A stretch of 64,000 nt of DNA from Nitrososphaerota archaeon (lineage in GTDB: Archaea; Thermoproteota; Nitrososphaeria; Nitrososphaerales; Nitrosopumilaceae): positions 264 through 64,263 of the forward strand of contig JAJPKL010000041.1 in the NCBI GenBank assembly GCA_021323705.1. Direction: 5' to 3'. Positions 19,487 to 29,182 of this stretch are shown here, one piece after another. Within the stretch, counting starts at the first letter, position 1, and each line of letters starts with the position of its first letter. The position numbers and the translations under genes were made by a program. The notes beneath the pieces are model-generated. The model had not been told where the DNA came from. It saw only the letters and a program-made list of their open reading frames with translations, and did no database searches.

Positions 19487-20155
19487 CTAATATGGATATA
19501 GTTTTTGCCTTGTTTCCTTGTCAGTTACGCTGATTGCCTTTGTGGGACAAGTGTGTGCGGCGTCAAGAATCTTTTGAGATTTGGCACCTTCTTCGTTGAT
19601 TACTTTGGATTTTGGATTGACCCGTACATTTTTTTCTACATGAAATACAGTAGGAGCTATGGTTTCACAGCTACAGCAAGCAATACATCTTTCCGGATCA
19701 ACCCGTACTGATACTGGAGTTTCCTGTTCTACTTGGATGGGTTCTGTATCTGTTCTTACCTCTGCTCTCATTCTTTCATAATAGTCCCAGAATGCCTCCT
19801 CATACTGTTTCCAAAAATCTTGGTATGCACTTTCTGCATATCTTGTATACCTAGTCCAGTCCTCATGTGGGGTCCTGTCGCTTTCCCGTGCCCCCCAAGA
19901 GTATTTTGAGCCAAAGTCATGCCTTTTTCTTGTTTCATATTTTGAGTGATCCTGGCTTGCGCCAATGCTTCTTTTGTAATCTGCGCGAAGCGTCTGGTAG
20001 GCTTCAGATATCATCTTGAACTTTTTGCTATCCTGGTCCTTATTTCTGTCAGGATGGTGTTGCAATGCCAGTTTTCGGTATGCTGACTTGATGTCCTTCA
20101 TCGTGGCACCTTCCTTTAATCCCAGTACCTGATAACACTGGTAGCTGTTCAACAC
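19487..20155 (-). CDS. DnaJ-ferredoxin fusion (J domain + Fe-S domain)
   Basis: J domain with HPD; C-terminal CIACCSCETIAP...CPTKAI. Confidence 0.92.
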   Translation of the reverse strand: MLNSYQCYQVLGLKEGATMKDIKSAYRKLALQHHPDRNKDQDSKKFKMISEAYQTLRADYKRSIGASQDHSKYETRKRHDFGSKYSWGARESDRTPHEDWTRYTRYAESAYQDFWKQYEEAFWDYYERMRAEVRTDTEPIQVEQETPVSVRVDPERCIACCSCETIAPTVFHVEKNVRVNPKSKVINEEGAKSQKILDAAHTCPTKAISVTDKETRQKLYPY

Positions 20156-20221
20156 TCATAGTTCGTTTAACTATTTTAAAACGCTTTTTGCTGTATTATT
20201 TGGCTAATCACAAGGCATCCT

Positions 20222-21841
20222 TTAGCTTTTCACTGAAGGTAACACAAACGCAAACGTGGCGCCTTTCCCGTTAGAGTTGTTTCTTCCCCATATTTTCCCC
20301 CCATGGGCCTCGACTATGCTTTTTGATATGTACAGGCCAACGCCTGTACCGCTGTGATGTTTTGTGGCAAATTTTGTAAAGAGGCTTGACATGATATCAG
20401 GATCAATTCCCATGCCAGTGTCCTTGATGGATACCATCACCTCATCTTTGCCCTTCTTTAAGGAAACCGTAATGGTGCCTTCTCTAGTAAATTTTAGCGC
20501 GTTGTGAATCAGATTGGTAACTATCTGAGTGACCCTTTCCTTGTCGGCTTCCACAAATACTTGACCCGGGTTAGAAAATGACATCTCAATACTTGTATCT
20601 GCAGGCATGTTTCTCAGCTGATATCTAAAGTCTTCCACTATAGATGACACAAGGTGCGACAGATCAAATTTTTCTTTTCTTATCATTAGAGTCTTGCTTT
20701 GAATTCTTGTCATATCAAGCAAGTTGTTTGACAACAGTTTAAGGCGCAGTGCGTTTCTTTGTATGGCATCCACATTTGACTGGTTTTTGTCTGGCTCCGA
20801 CTGCAATAACTCGGAATAAGTAAGGATTGCCTGTATGGGGGTCTTTATCTCATGGCTTGCGATGTTTATGAATTCTGCCTGCAGCCTCTCGTGGTCTTTT
20901 AGTTTTTCGTTTAGTTCATCAGATTTCCACAGAAGCTCAAAGAACAACCTAATTGACTGTATAAGCGAAATGCTGTTTGAAAACAGACCAAAGCCCAGCG
21001 TCTTTGAAAATTCTTTGACCATTTCTTCTCTGACTTCAGATATGAAGAATTTCGAGTTGTCAACTATTATGAGTCCTATCTCGCCCTCGGTCCCGTTTAG
21101 TATGTTGATATGCGGATAGTTAGCATGAAGATATTTTACTAGTTCGTCGTTCTCGCTGTTTATGGGGCAGATTATTCGTATCTTTATGTTCTTTGTGGAT
21201 GCCATCATCAGTTGGTCAAAGATTCCAAGTTTGTACAGCCTCACCATGGATTTGCTCTGCGTTAGAAGCAGCAGGACCTCTTGTTTTACGGAATTTGCAA
21301 GAGTTGCAATGATTTCAGTTGAACGCTGCTGATCATTTATGACCTCAAAGAACTCTGGCTCCATTCCCTGTTCTATTTCCTTTAGTTTGCGTTCTGCTAC
21401 AATAGACCTATTCCACAGCGTCTCAAAGATGTGTCTTTGAATTTGAACCAGTTGTTTTGCATTAGAGTAGATTGCATGCGAGACAGGCTTGATTTCCTGC
21501 AGTGTGGCTGTAGCCAGAAATTCATCATCTGTTACGCCAAAGGCTCCCCGTATCCCATCCAGATGCCTAAATTCAGGAATTATTCCCATGAGCAACTTGC
21601 AGAATTGCAGGTTTGTTTTTGAGATTTCTGTGATGTACCTTATTCTAACTCCCTTTTGTTTGAGATGGTTTAAGATCTCAAGATAATTCTTAAATCCAAA
21701 AGTTTCAAGTGAGCTACCTGAATCAGCGTAGATGTTAATCTCTTTTCGTGTATCAAATGCACACTGTTTCCATTTTTCTAAAACATCATGTTGGCCAAAG
21801 AGAACTTCAGTTTTTTCAGTAGAGCTCTTGGCAAGAACCAT
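20222..21841 (-). CDS. Cytoplasmic sensor histidine kinase
   Basis: ASHEIKTP H-box, NLIHNALKF N-box, DTGMG, GTGVGL; no TM segment; duplicated N-terminal sensor region. Confidence 0.93.
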   Translation of the reverse strand: MVLAKSSTEKTEVLFGQHDVLEKWKQCAFDTRKEINIYADSGSSLETFGFKNYLEILNHLKQKGVRIRYITEISKTNLQFCKLLMGIIPEFRHLDGIRGAFGVTDDEFLATATLQEIKPVSHAIYSNAKQLVQIQRHIFETLWNRSIVAERKLKEIEQGMEPEFFEVINDQQRSTEIIATLANSVKQEVLLLLTQSKSMVRLYKLGIFDQLMMASTKNIKIRIICPINSENDELVKYLHANYPHINILNGTEGEIGLIIVDNSKFFISEVREEMVKEFSKTLGFGLFSNSISLIQSIRLFFELLWKSDELNEKLKDHERLQAEFINIASHEIKTPIQAILTYSELLQSEPDKNQSNVDAIQRNALRLKLLSNNLLDMTRIQSKTLMIRKEKFDLSHLVSSIVEDFRYQLRNMPADTSIEMSFSNPGQVFVEADKERVTQIVTNLIHNALKFTREGTITVSLKKGKDEVMVSIKDTGMGIDPDIMSSLFTKFATKHHSGTGVGLYISKSIVEAHGGKIWGRNNSNGKGATFAFVLPSVKS

Positions 21842-21983
21842 ACATTAGAATACAAGTTTTTGTTTTTAAGATGCTATGAAAAATTATTCTATTTGATCAA
21901 TATGTTGTTTGATTATAGAAAAGTCAACGCAGTTTTCAAACCATCAAATGATCTAGAAGAAACAGACATTGAGTTTATAGATT

Positions 21984-22439
21984 TTGTCAACCATTTGGAT
22001 TTTGATGCTAGCTGTAGACGATCTCATAAAGGAACTAGATGGCCTGATAACATCAATAACCTCTAGTCAGTCCCTCCACAAGGCGTCAGATAACAGAAGG
22101 ATTGGAATAATTGGACTAGATATCTCAATAATGGTAAGTCCTCTCAATTTACCAGAAGATACACAACGTGGTATCACACCACAATATAGGCCAACAAGCA
22201 TAGAGCCCCTAATAGATGTCATTGAAGATAGCGAAACGATACGCATCATTGCAGTTTTGTCAGGTATTAGAAAGGAGGATGTCCACTATATGGTAAAAGA
22301 GAATTTTCTGGAGATAAAGATATTTGACGAGCGCATATACAGAAAAAGAATACCGTTGAGCGTAGAACCAGAACATGTTTCTGTAAAATCAACCACCATC
22401 AACAATTCCGTCTTGGAGATAGTATTTGCCAAGTCGTAA
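21984..22439 (+). CDS. Small heat-shock protein (Hsp20/alpha-crystallin domain); start may be 22005
   Basis: EPLIDVIE...GIRKEDV...YRKRIPL...NNSVLEI. Confidence 0.82.
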   Translation: MSTIWILMLAVDDLIKELDGLITSITSSQSLHKASDNRRIGIIGLDISIMVSPLNLPEDTQRGITPQYRPTSIEPLIDVIEDSETIRIIAVLSGIRKEDVHYMVKENFLEIKIFDERIYRKRIPLSVEPEHVSVKSTTINNSVLEIVFAKS

Positions 22440-22571
22440 AACAACAAGATAGCATCAAAATCCAATCGCAGAAGAATATGCAAATCTAATTTTTGGCTCC
22501 TAGCATAGAAGTTCGATACAGGTTATTTCTACCCTCAATTTTTATACAAATTTTTAGAGTATCTATTACCT

Positions 22572-22763
22572 TTGAACATAAGCAGTACAAAAGCAAAGGA
22601 GATTGCCGTACGGTTTTTGCAACAATACCACTCTGTTGTATTGACATCAGCAGATCTGAAAGGAGATGTATGGATTATTACAGCAAAAGTCGGCTTTGCT
22701 CCAAACCAAATAAGGCGGATACAGGTTGATGTAGAGACTGGTAAGATAATGGGATATGCGTAA
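22572..22763 (+). CDS. Small hypothetical protein (PepSY-like fold suspected)
   Basis: 63 aa; AKEIA..FL helix then beta-strands ending VDVETGKI. Confidence 0.6.
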   Translation: MNISSTKAKEIAVRFLQQYHSVVLTSADLKGDVWIITAKVGFAPNQIRRIQVDVETGKIMGYA

Positions 22764-22797
22764 ATCTATTTAGTGATTTTTGTATTCCATCTGTCTT

Positions 22798-24123
22798 CTA
22801 TCCAAGGCCCATCTTGCGCAACATTCCCTGCATCTGTCTGCCCTTGGATGCCTTCATCATTGTTTTAGAGTTCTTGTAGGCCTTCAATAGTTCTTTTACC
22901 TCATGCTCCGGCCAACCAGAACCTCGTGCAATTCTCTTTACTCTCGATGCATTTATTAGATCAGGGTCTGCTTTTTCCTCCTTTGTCATGGACTGTATGA
23001 CAAATCTCCATCTCTCCATGCGCTGCTCCTGCTGGTCTAGCTGGTCTTCTTTTACCATTCCAGAAAAGCCTGGCATGTTTTCCATTATGCTTCGCAGGCC
23101 TCCTGCCTTTGTTGCCTCTTCGATTTGAAAATAAAAGTCCTCCATGTTCATCTTTCCGTGTGATATTCTCTTGAGCCTTTCCTCATTTCCTTCAGTCTCC
23201 AGCCTCTTTGCCATGTCAAGCAGCGCTTGTATGTCTCCCATCCCAAGCAGTCGTCCAACAAATCTAGTTGGTGAAAACTTTTCGAGGTCATCAATTCGTT
23301 CTCCAGTACCTATGTACATGATTCGTGCTCCTGTTGCAGCCGCAGCGGCCAAGGCTCCTCCACCCTTTGCACTGGAATCAAGTTTTGTTATGATTATGCC
23401 TCCCACTGGAACAGTCTTGTGAAATGCCTCTGCCTGATTGTAGCACTGCTGCCCTATTGTGCCGTCAATTACAAGCAGTGCCAAGTCGGGATTTGCAACA
23501 TGGCTTATTCGTGTCATTTCATCAAGTAGATCTTTTTCTTCCTTGTGTCTTCCCGCAGTATCGATTAGTACAATATCAAAGTTTTTTCCCTCAAAGTGTT
23601 TCAGCCCATTTTTTACAATTTCAGGCGAGTCCTTGTTTCCTTCTTCGCCATAGACCTCTACATTTGCCTTTTCACACATTGTCTTAAGCTGTGTCAAGGC
23701 CCCAGGCCTGTAAGTATCTGCACCAATTACGCATACCCGGTATCCCTGTTTTGTCAGATACTTGGCAAGCTTGGAAGTTATTGTAGTCTTTCCGCTTCCT
23801 TGAATTCCAAGCATAAGAACGCGGTTCATCTTTCCGGGCTGGAAAGAATACTCGTTTTCTGTTCCTAGCAGTTTTGATAGTTCGTCATACAAAATTTTTA
23901 CAATGTGGTCCTTTCTTGAGAGGCCCGGAGGCGGGGTCTCTTTGAGTGAGCGCTCCTCTAAATTTTTTGTAATCTGAAAAACAAGTTTTACGTTTACATC
24001 TGACTGTAAAAGTGCTCTCTGGATATCTTTTGAGAGCTCTTTGATTAGGGCCTCGTCTATGGCAGATGAGTTTACTATTTTTTTCAGCGCAGCCCTAAGT
24101 CCTGTCTTGAGTCCATCTAACAT
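22798..24123 (-). CDS. srp54: Signal recognition particle protein SRP54
   Basis: GIQGSGKTT, DTAGRH, TKLDSSAKGG, SRVKRIARGSG. Confidence 0.97.
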   Translation of the reverse strand: MLDGLKTGLRAALKKIVNSSAIDEALIKELSKDIQRALLQSDVNVKLVFQITKNLEERSLKETPPPGLSRKDHIVKILYDELSKLLGTENEYSFQPGKMNRVLMLGIQGSGKTTITSKLAKYLTKQGYRVCVIGADTYRPGALTQLKTMCEKANVEVYGEEGNKDSPEIVKNGLKHFEGKNFDIVLIDTAGRHKEEKDLLDEMTRISHVANPDLALLVIDGTIGQQCYNQAEAFHKTVPVGGIIITKLDSSAKGGGALAAAAATGARIMYIGTGERIDDLEKFSPTRFVGRLLGMGDIQALLDMAKRLETEGNEERLKRISHGKMNMEDFYFQIEEATKAGGLRSIMENMPGFSGMVKEDQLDQQEQRMERWRFVIQSMTKEEKADPDLINASRVKRIARGSGWPEHEVKELLKAYKNSKTMMKASKGRQMQGMLRKMGLG

Positions 24124-24806
24124 TGCTTTTCCAAAACAGCTTCGGTTATTTCAAACCTTCCTCTGTATCCATCCCAAGTCTTGTTTGATTTTATTATCTT
24201 GATGCATCCAGAAAAGAGAGGACAGCCAATTACAAATGTCTCGGCTTCGCCTCCCTCAAATGATATGTTCAGTCCATGTTTTGACGAGATTGCAATTAAC
24301 TTTTCCACATCTTGCAGTGTTACCTCTTTTCCAAGCCAGGCATCGTCAAGGCCCTCTGCTGTAACGCTTGTTACAATAAAACGGAATCCTGACTGCACAA
24401 GCTCTCGAAGGTAGCTTTGTTCGTTTACATTCCAAAGAGGCGCAACAACTGTAAGGCCCACGCCGGAACAAATTGTTTCAAAGTGATTTTTCTGAAATGC
24501 ACTTCCTATTCCCCCGTGGACCACTCCCTCTATTCCGAATTCCTTCTTTGCCTTTTCCAAGGCATTTTTCAGCTCGGCCACCTCTACTGCCGTTTCGTTA
24601 GAATCAACCCTGACTATGATTTGTGGGAGATTCATCAGTCGCGCCTGAAGTCTTGTCAGTTCAATGTTTGGATGGTGCAATAGGTGGCTTTCTTCCGATC
24701 TTGGAAATATAGTAACAAGGCATGAAATTGTATGCCCATCAGACTTGGACTTGAAGATGGCAAAGGTGCTGTCCTTTCCTCCCGAAAAGAGTGCTGCTAG
24801 TTTCAA
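24117..24806 (-). CDS. dph6: Diphthine--ammonia ligase
   Basis: LFSGGKDS PP-loop, GEGGE-like SFEGGEAETFV. Confidence 0.9.
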   Translation of the reverse strand: MKLAALFSGGKDSTFAIFKSKSDGHTISCLVTIFPRSEESHLLHHPNIELTRLQARLMNLPQIIVRVDSNETAVEVAELKNALEKAKKEFGIEGVVHGGIGSAFQKNHFETICSGVGLTVVAPLWNVNEQSYLRELVQSGFRFIVTSVTAEGLDDAWLGKEVTLQDVEKLIAISSKHGLNISFEGGEAETFVIGCPLFSGCIKIIKSNKTWDGYRGRFEITEAVLEKQC

Positions 24807-24834
24807 TTGGTATCTTGCATAAAGTTCGTTTCAA

Positions 24835-24957
24835 TTAATTTTTTTCCAGCTCGGATACTTTTTTGAGACAGTTCTCACATAGGGCAAGGTGGTCCTTTAG
24901 TGTTACCTCCACGTTTGATGCGAGGCAGACGTGGCATAGGCCTTTCACATGTATCAT
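24835..24957 (-). CDS. Zn-finger micro-protein (40 aa; not in ORF track)
   Basis: MIHVKGLCHVCLASNVEVTLKDHLALCENCLKKVSELEKN, CxxC-x15-CxxC; co-oriented between aIF5A and dph6. Confidence 0.7.
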   Translation of the reverse strand: MIHVKGLCHVCLASNVEVTLKDHLALCENCLKKVSELEKN

Positions 24958-25068
24958 AACAAAGTCATAGCGTATAACTTATTCGAGAGAAAGCCTTGGA
25001 TGCCTCAATTACTCATAACCATCATCATAGTATCAGTTGGCTTTTCTCGTCATCATCAGCATCCGAAT

Positions 25069-25479
25069 CTAGCTTTTGATTCGGACTATAATAGTTCTAT
25101 CCATTACCTTCCAGTATTCAACGTCTTGTCCCTGTGCAATCTTGTCCTTTACCTCATCTTCTATCTGTGAGACATCGAAGACCTCAAAGGTTTCAGAATC
25201 CATGACTTGTACAATTGCATCTGTCTTTGATATCACAGAGCCCACTCTCTTATCAATTAGCGGTACCTGTACCTGCGCACTCACTGGTGAGACGTGCGGA
25301 TATTTTTTCTTGTCAAATATACCAACGCCCACAATTCTTGCCTTGGCAGCACCATGTTTTCCTGGTTTGCTTGTGTCGTATTCCACGATCTTGCAAGGCT
25401 CTTGGTTTGGGCTATCTACTGGGAGCAAGATGTAAGATCCAATTTTAAGTGAACCAAGTTCGGAAGGCTTGCTCATCAC
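25069..25479 (-). CDS. eif5a: Translation factor aIF5A
   Basis: SKPGKHGAAK hypusine motif. Confidence 0.97.
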   Translation of the reverse strand: MMSKPSELGSLKIGSYILLPVDSPNQEPCKIVEYDTSKPGKHGAAKARIVGVGIFDKKKYPHVSPVSAQVQVPLIDKRVGSVISKTDAIVQVMDSETFEVFDVSQIEDEVKDKIAQGQDVEYWKVMDRTIIVRIKS

Positions 25480-25511
25480 ACAAACAGAATTTGGCAGAGT
25501 ATATAACTTTT

Positions 25512-26123
25512 TTATTTTATTTTTTCAATGACAGAAAGGTTGAGAAGATTGGTCAGCCTGATCCCTTTTCTTGCAACTTCTTTTCTTGTTTTTTCACAAT
25601 ACTTGTTGTCACTTTGGTGTGTGTTGTCACTTGAGACCTCAAAGACAACCAAGTTGTCACAGTATGGAAAAGTAAACTTTGGAGTTTCAGTCGATGACAT
25701 GTGTAGAGTTCCACATTCTGCTCGCCTCACCCTATTGCGCTTTGCTACAATGAGTGCAAGATCATAAAGATCAGATTCTGAGTGACCATAGTCCAGATAG
25801 TAGACGGAGATGAGATTGAGCTTTTTTTCAGTAAATCTCTCAAAAAATTCGTCATATCTCGAAAATACAAAGGTGGGCCTGTCCTGCTTGTACTTGTTGA
25901 TCTGATCTAATGCAAGTTTCTGGTCATTGAATCTTGCAAGGAGATACGTGTTTGTGTGGGAAGGAAAGTAGGCATTGCCGTCCTCTGAAAAGGTGGCCGT
26001 TGCAAAGTACATGCTGTTAACATGTTCTGATTTTTCTAACGATTCTTTCAATTTTAACGAGGATTCATTGTGTAAATATGGTGCACATACGTATCCCCCA
26101 TCAACAATCCCCGAACCAGACAC
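25512..26123 (-). CDS. Hypothetical protein
   Basis: 203-aa ORF, GTG start, codon style like neighbours. Confidence 0.7.
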   Translation of the reverse strand: MSGSGIVDGGYVCAPYLHNESSLKLKESLEKSEHVNSMYFATATFSEDGNAYFPSHTNTYLLARFNDQKLALDQINKYKQDRPTFVFSRYDEFFERFTEKKLNLISVYYLDYGHSESDLYDLALIVAKRNRVRRAECGTLHMSSTETPKFTFPYCDNLVVFEVSSDNTHQSDNKYCEKTRKEVARKGIRLTNLLNLSVIEKIK

Positions 26124-26262
26124 GTGATCGGGATCATTGTACTTTCTTATATGTAGTTTGGTCGGCCCTAAATTTTCCCGATCTGTTTCAAATTTTGGAA
26201 AATATGGAGTTATTTTTCCCAGCGATAATTATTTAATACGAACAATCTGGATGAAAATCGGT

Positions 26263-26385
26263 CCCACGCTAGCTCAGCCTGGTAGAGCTTCCGGCTGTAG
26301 TGGTTGGCTTTAGGCTAACCGTCATCAGCCTATCAGGCTTACAGAAACCGGAGTGTCGCAAGTTCAAATCCTGCGCGTGGGACCA
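26263..26385 (+). tRNA. tRNA-Tyr(GUA) with 46-nt intron at 37/38 (26301-26346); CCA encoded
   Basis: Acceptor CCCACGC/GCGTGGG (C1-G72), anticodon arm TCCGG-CT-GTA-G|A-CCGGA, GTTCAAATC T-loop; BHB helix CTGT/ACAG. Confidence 0.95.
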
Positions 26386-26429
26386 TATACATCATAAAAT
26401 TCAAAAAGACTGAATTTACTATACTATCA

Positions 26430-26936
26430 GTGTCAGAAGATTCAGGCTGGTCTGCGCTGGATGAGATAGACCAGAAAATTATTGCGATTTTAAACAAAAA
26501 TGCAAGGACGCCGTCCAAGGAGATTGCATCCGAGCTTAGAAATTCTGGAGTAGACGTTTCTGACAGGACCATAAGAAAAAGAATAGAGCGTCTTGAAAAG
26601 AGCGGAATCATAAAAGGATACAAAGCAGTTCTCAGCGGAGTCTCCGCTACGGATGGATTTGAGGCATTATTCGTGAAACTGAAGATTGCGCGCTCTCTTA
26701 ACACGCAAGTAGAGTCGATAAAGGACTTTGCAAAAACTTTTTCGAATTATCTTTTTGTTGCAACGCTTGATGGCGACTGGAATATGTTAATAGTAATGAG
26801 GCTTGATGGTGCAGAAAAGAATCCGACATCAAAGATAGTAGAAAAGTTTTCTGATCAAATTTCAGATTACAGAATAAGCAACATTCAGATGAAAGATGTC
26901 AATCCCTTGAACATGTCCCTTGTTCTTCTTACCTGA
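26430..26936 (+). CDS. Lrp/AsnC family transcriptional regulator
   Basis: LDEIDQKII..L.KNARTP...IA...SDRTIRKRIERLEKSGIIKGY. Confidence 0.9.
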   Translation: MSEDSGWSALDEIDQKIIAILNKNARTPSKEIASELRNSGVDVSDRTIRKRIERLEKSGIIKGYKAVLSGVSATDGFEALFVKLKIARSLNTQVESIKDFAKTFSNYLFVATLDGDWNMLIVMRLDGAEKNPTSKIVEKFSDQISDYRISNIQMKDVNPLNMSLVLLT

Positions 26937-27675
26937 TCTGATTTTGTTCCGTGACATCAAGTGCATTTTTTAGTTCGTTTATTGTAAACGGTTTTTGAAT
27001 AAATGCAGTAGAGCCAAACCCTATTGTCTTGCGTACACGTGGTTCACTTTTTTCGTCAGCAGTTATCAAGATGATTGAAAGATCGGGTTTTTTCTCCAGA
27101 AGTTTTTTTGCAACTGCATCTCCTGTAAGGTCTGGCATTTGCATGTCAAGCAATATTACTGGATTCTGCGAGTCATTGATCAGTTTTGTAACAAGCGTCA
27201 AGGCGCTTTTTCCATCTTTTGCTGTCTTGATATCACCATATCCAAGCTGTTCAAGATAGCTTCTAAGTCGTAGTGTTATTGCAGGACTGTCATCTACTAT
27301 AACAATAGGCCTTTTTTCTTCCACAACTTTTGGAACGTATTTTTTTGCCTCTTCAGAGATTTTCATTGCCTTGTCTACTTGGCCAGACTTGAGGAAGCAT
27401 TTGGCTGCACACTGGTATGCATATGGCGAGTTAGCATTGTTCTTTTTTGCAATCTTGAGGTAGTACTTTGCTGCAAGGTCATACTCTTCTTTAGTATCTT
27501 TTCCCTGTTTTGTCTTACATTCAGAGGCAAGAAATAGATAGATCCCAGCCTTGAAATCCTCCTTTTTCATCTCTTTTTGTGCCAGAGTCATAAACAAATT
27601 GTAGGCTGAAACGTTTTGGTCATTTCGCATATAGGTACATGCCAAATCAAACTTTTCAAGATCTGCGTCCAACAC
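26929..27675 (-). CDS. Response regulator: N-terminal helical-repeat (TPR/SNAP-like) region + C-terminal receiver
   Basis: IVDD, LLDMQMPD, ITAD, IQKPF; Ala/Tyr-rich helical repeats N-terminally. Confidence 0.88.
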   Translation of the reverse strand: MLDADLEKFDLACTYMRNDQNVSAYNLFMTLAQKEMKKEDFKAGIYLFLASECKTKQGKDTKEEYDLAAKYYLKIAKKNNANSPYAYQCAAKCFLKSGQVDKAMKISEEAKKYVPKVVEEKRPIVIVDDSPAITLRLRSYLEQLGYGDIKTAKDGKSALTLVTKLINDSQNPVILLDMQMPDLTGDAVAKKLLEKKPDLSIILITADEKSEPRVRKTIGFGSTAFIQKPFTINELKNALDVTEQNQIR

Positions 27676-27797
27676 TCAGGTAAGACAGTACAAGATTATA
27701 TTTTTTGGGCCTCATGCCACAATGGTAAAATTCTTGACTTGGACAATCAAAAGAGCAAATCCAACAGATATTATAAAGATAATACAACTGATACCTA

Positions 27798-28457
27798 GTG
27801 ACTGAGGAAAATACTAGCACCGGGCTTGCACAGCCTCCGGTTAACATTCTCTTTACGCCCCTTGACATATCAAAAAAAGACGTCTGGAGCATCGATATCA
27901 CCCGTATACTGCAGATGCTGATATCAATTTTAAACCAAACAGACAAGAAGGATCTCCGAGTAGCAGGAATTGCCGCTCTTTCTTCGGCGATGATTCATAG
28001 GATGAAGGTGGAAAGCATATTTGCATTGCAGAGGGCAGCAATGGAGAAAAAGCCGCTCAGTCAAAGAGAAGATGTCGACATTGAGGTAATAAACATGCCA
28101 TACAGGCACGAGTCTACCTATCCAGTCACACTAGATGAGTTGCTCTCTGTACTTGAGAATCTGATTGGAACCATAGCCAACCCCCGTTCAAGCCGCAGGC
28201 AGATGGAGTTTGAGCCTGTCCAAGTACCCAACTTTGACGACTATTTCATCTCGCTTGAGAAGATAATTGGCCAATACGAAGAACTCATAATGAACAAAAT
28301 CAGGCCAACAGGTTCGGGTTCCTTTAGGAACATAACTGCAGAGCTTGAGTTGATAGATGTCATAAGGTGTTTCTTTGCAATTCTCTTTTTGGCAAGAGAT
28401 CTCAAAGTAGATCTAGAACAGACCGAAGGCGACATTATCGTATCCATCGCAAAATAG
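27798..28457 (+). CDS. scpA: Segregation and condensation protein A (kleisin)
   Basis: DVWSIDI..L...DLRVAGIAALSSA..HRMKVE; C-terminal FFAILFLA..KVDLEQ. Confidence 0.85.
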   Translation: MTEENTSTGLAQPPVNILFTPLDISKKDVWSIDITRILQMLISILNQTDKKDLRVAGIAALSSAMIHRMKVESIFALQRAAMEKKPLSQREDVDIEVINMPYRHESTYPVTLDELLSVLENLIGTIANPRSSRRQMEFEPVQVPNFDDYFISLEKIIGQYEELIMNKIRPTGSGSFRNITAELELIDVIRCFFAILFLARDLKVDLEQTEGDIIVSIAK

Positions 28458-28524
28458 GTTTACAAGCAGATCAACTGTCAGTAGGAATTTGATTTAAGTA
28501 TCTTCCATCCTCCTTTTTGTATAG

Positions 28525-29124
28525 ATGGGAAAGGTAGAAGATGATGAGGCAATCGCTAGGCTGGAGGCTGCCCTATACTCTGCAGGAAGACCGCTCTCAA
28601 TTGAAGAATTGATAAAGGCGTCAGGGACAGAGTCAAGAACCAAAACTCTTGCTCTGATGACGGCTATAGTAAAAAAGACCAAGTCCACCTTTAAGGCAAT
28701 AGAAATTTCTGCCCTACCGGACGGTTCGTATGTCTTTCAGCTAAAACCAGAATACAATACAGTGATAAGAAAATATGCTTCAAAACCCTTGCTTCCTACC
28801 GCAACTTTAAAGACGTTATCATATATTGCATACATGCAGCCAATCTCCTCAAAGAGGCTGGTTGAGGTTAGAGGCTCTGGAGTGTACATGCACCTCAAGC
28901 TTCTAGAGCAACTCGCATACATTGAACACCAAAACGTGGGCAGGCTCAAGATATACAACACAACAGAAAAGTTCCAAAAATATTTCGGAATTCAGGGAGA
29001 CAAGGACTTGTTAAAGCAGAAACTTTTCACAAAAGTCAGATCCTCAAACCAAGGTTCTACAAACCAAGCTACTACACCACAGGCAGAACAGACTACAGAA
29101 ACAATTACACAGGCAACCCAGTAA
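28525..29124 (+). CDS. scpB: Segregation and condensation protein B
   Basis: LEAALYSAGRPLS, LKTLSYIAYMQPI, YNTTEKFQKYFG. Confidence 0.93.
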   Translation: MGKVEDDEAIARLEAALYSAGRPLSIEELIKASGTESRTKTLALMTAIVKKTKSTFKAIEISALPDGSYVFQLKPEYNTVIRKYASKPLLPTATLKTLSYIAYMQPISSKRLVEVRGSGVYMHLKLLEQLAYIEHQNVGRLKIYNTTEKFQKYFGIQGDKDLLKQKLFTKVRSSNQGSTNQATTPQAEQTTETITQATQ

Positions 29125-29182
29125 GACTGGAAGTACCGTGTGTTCTAGATGGTATAAATTAGAGTTACTTTATCGACTGCTT

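Noticed and set aside
6983-26185. Shared 11-mer TTCCCGATCTG upstream of galT (6983) and of 25512..26123 (26175)
   Set aside because: Only two copies at different distances; expected by chance for an 11-mer pair.
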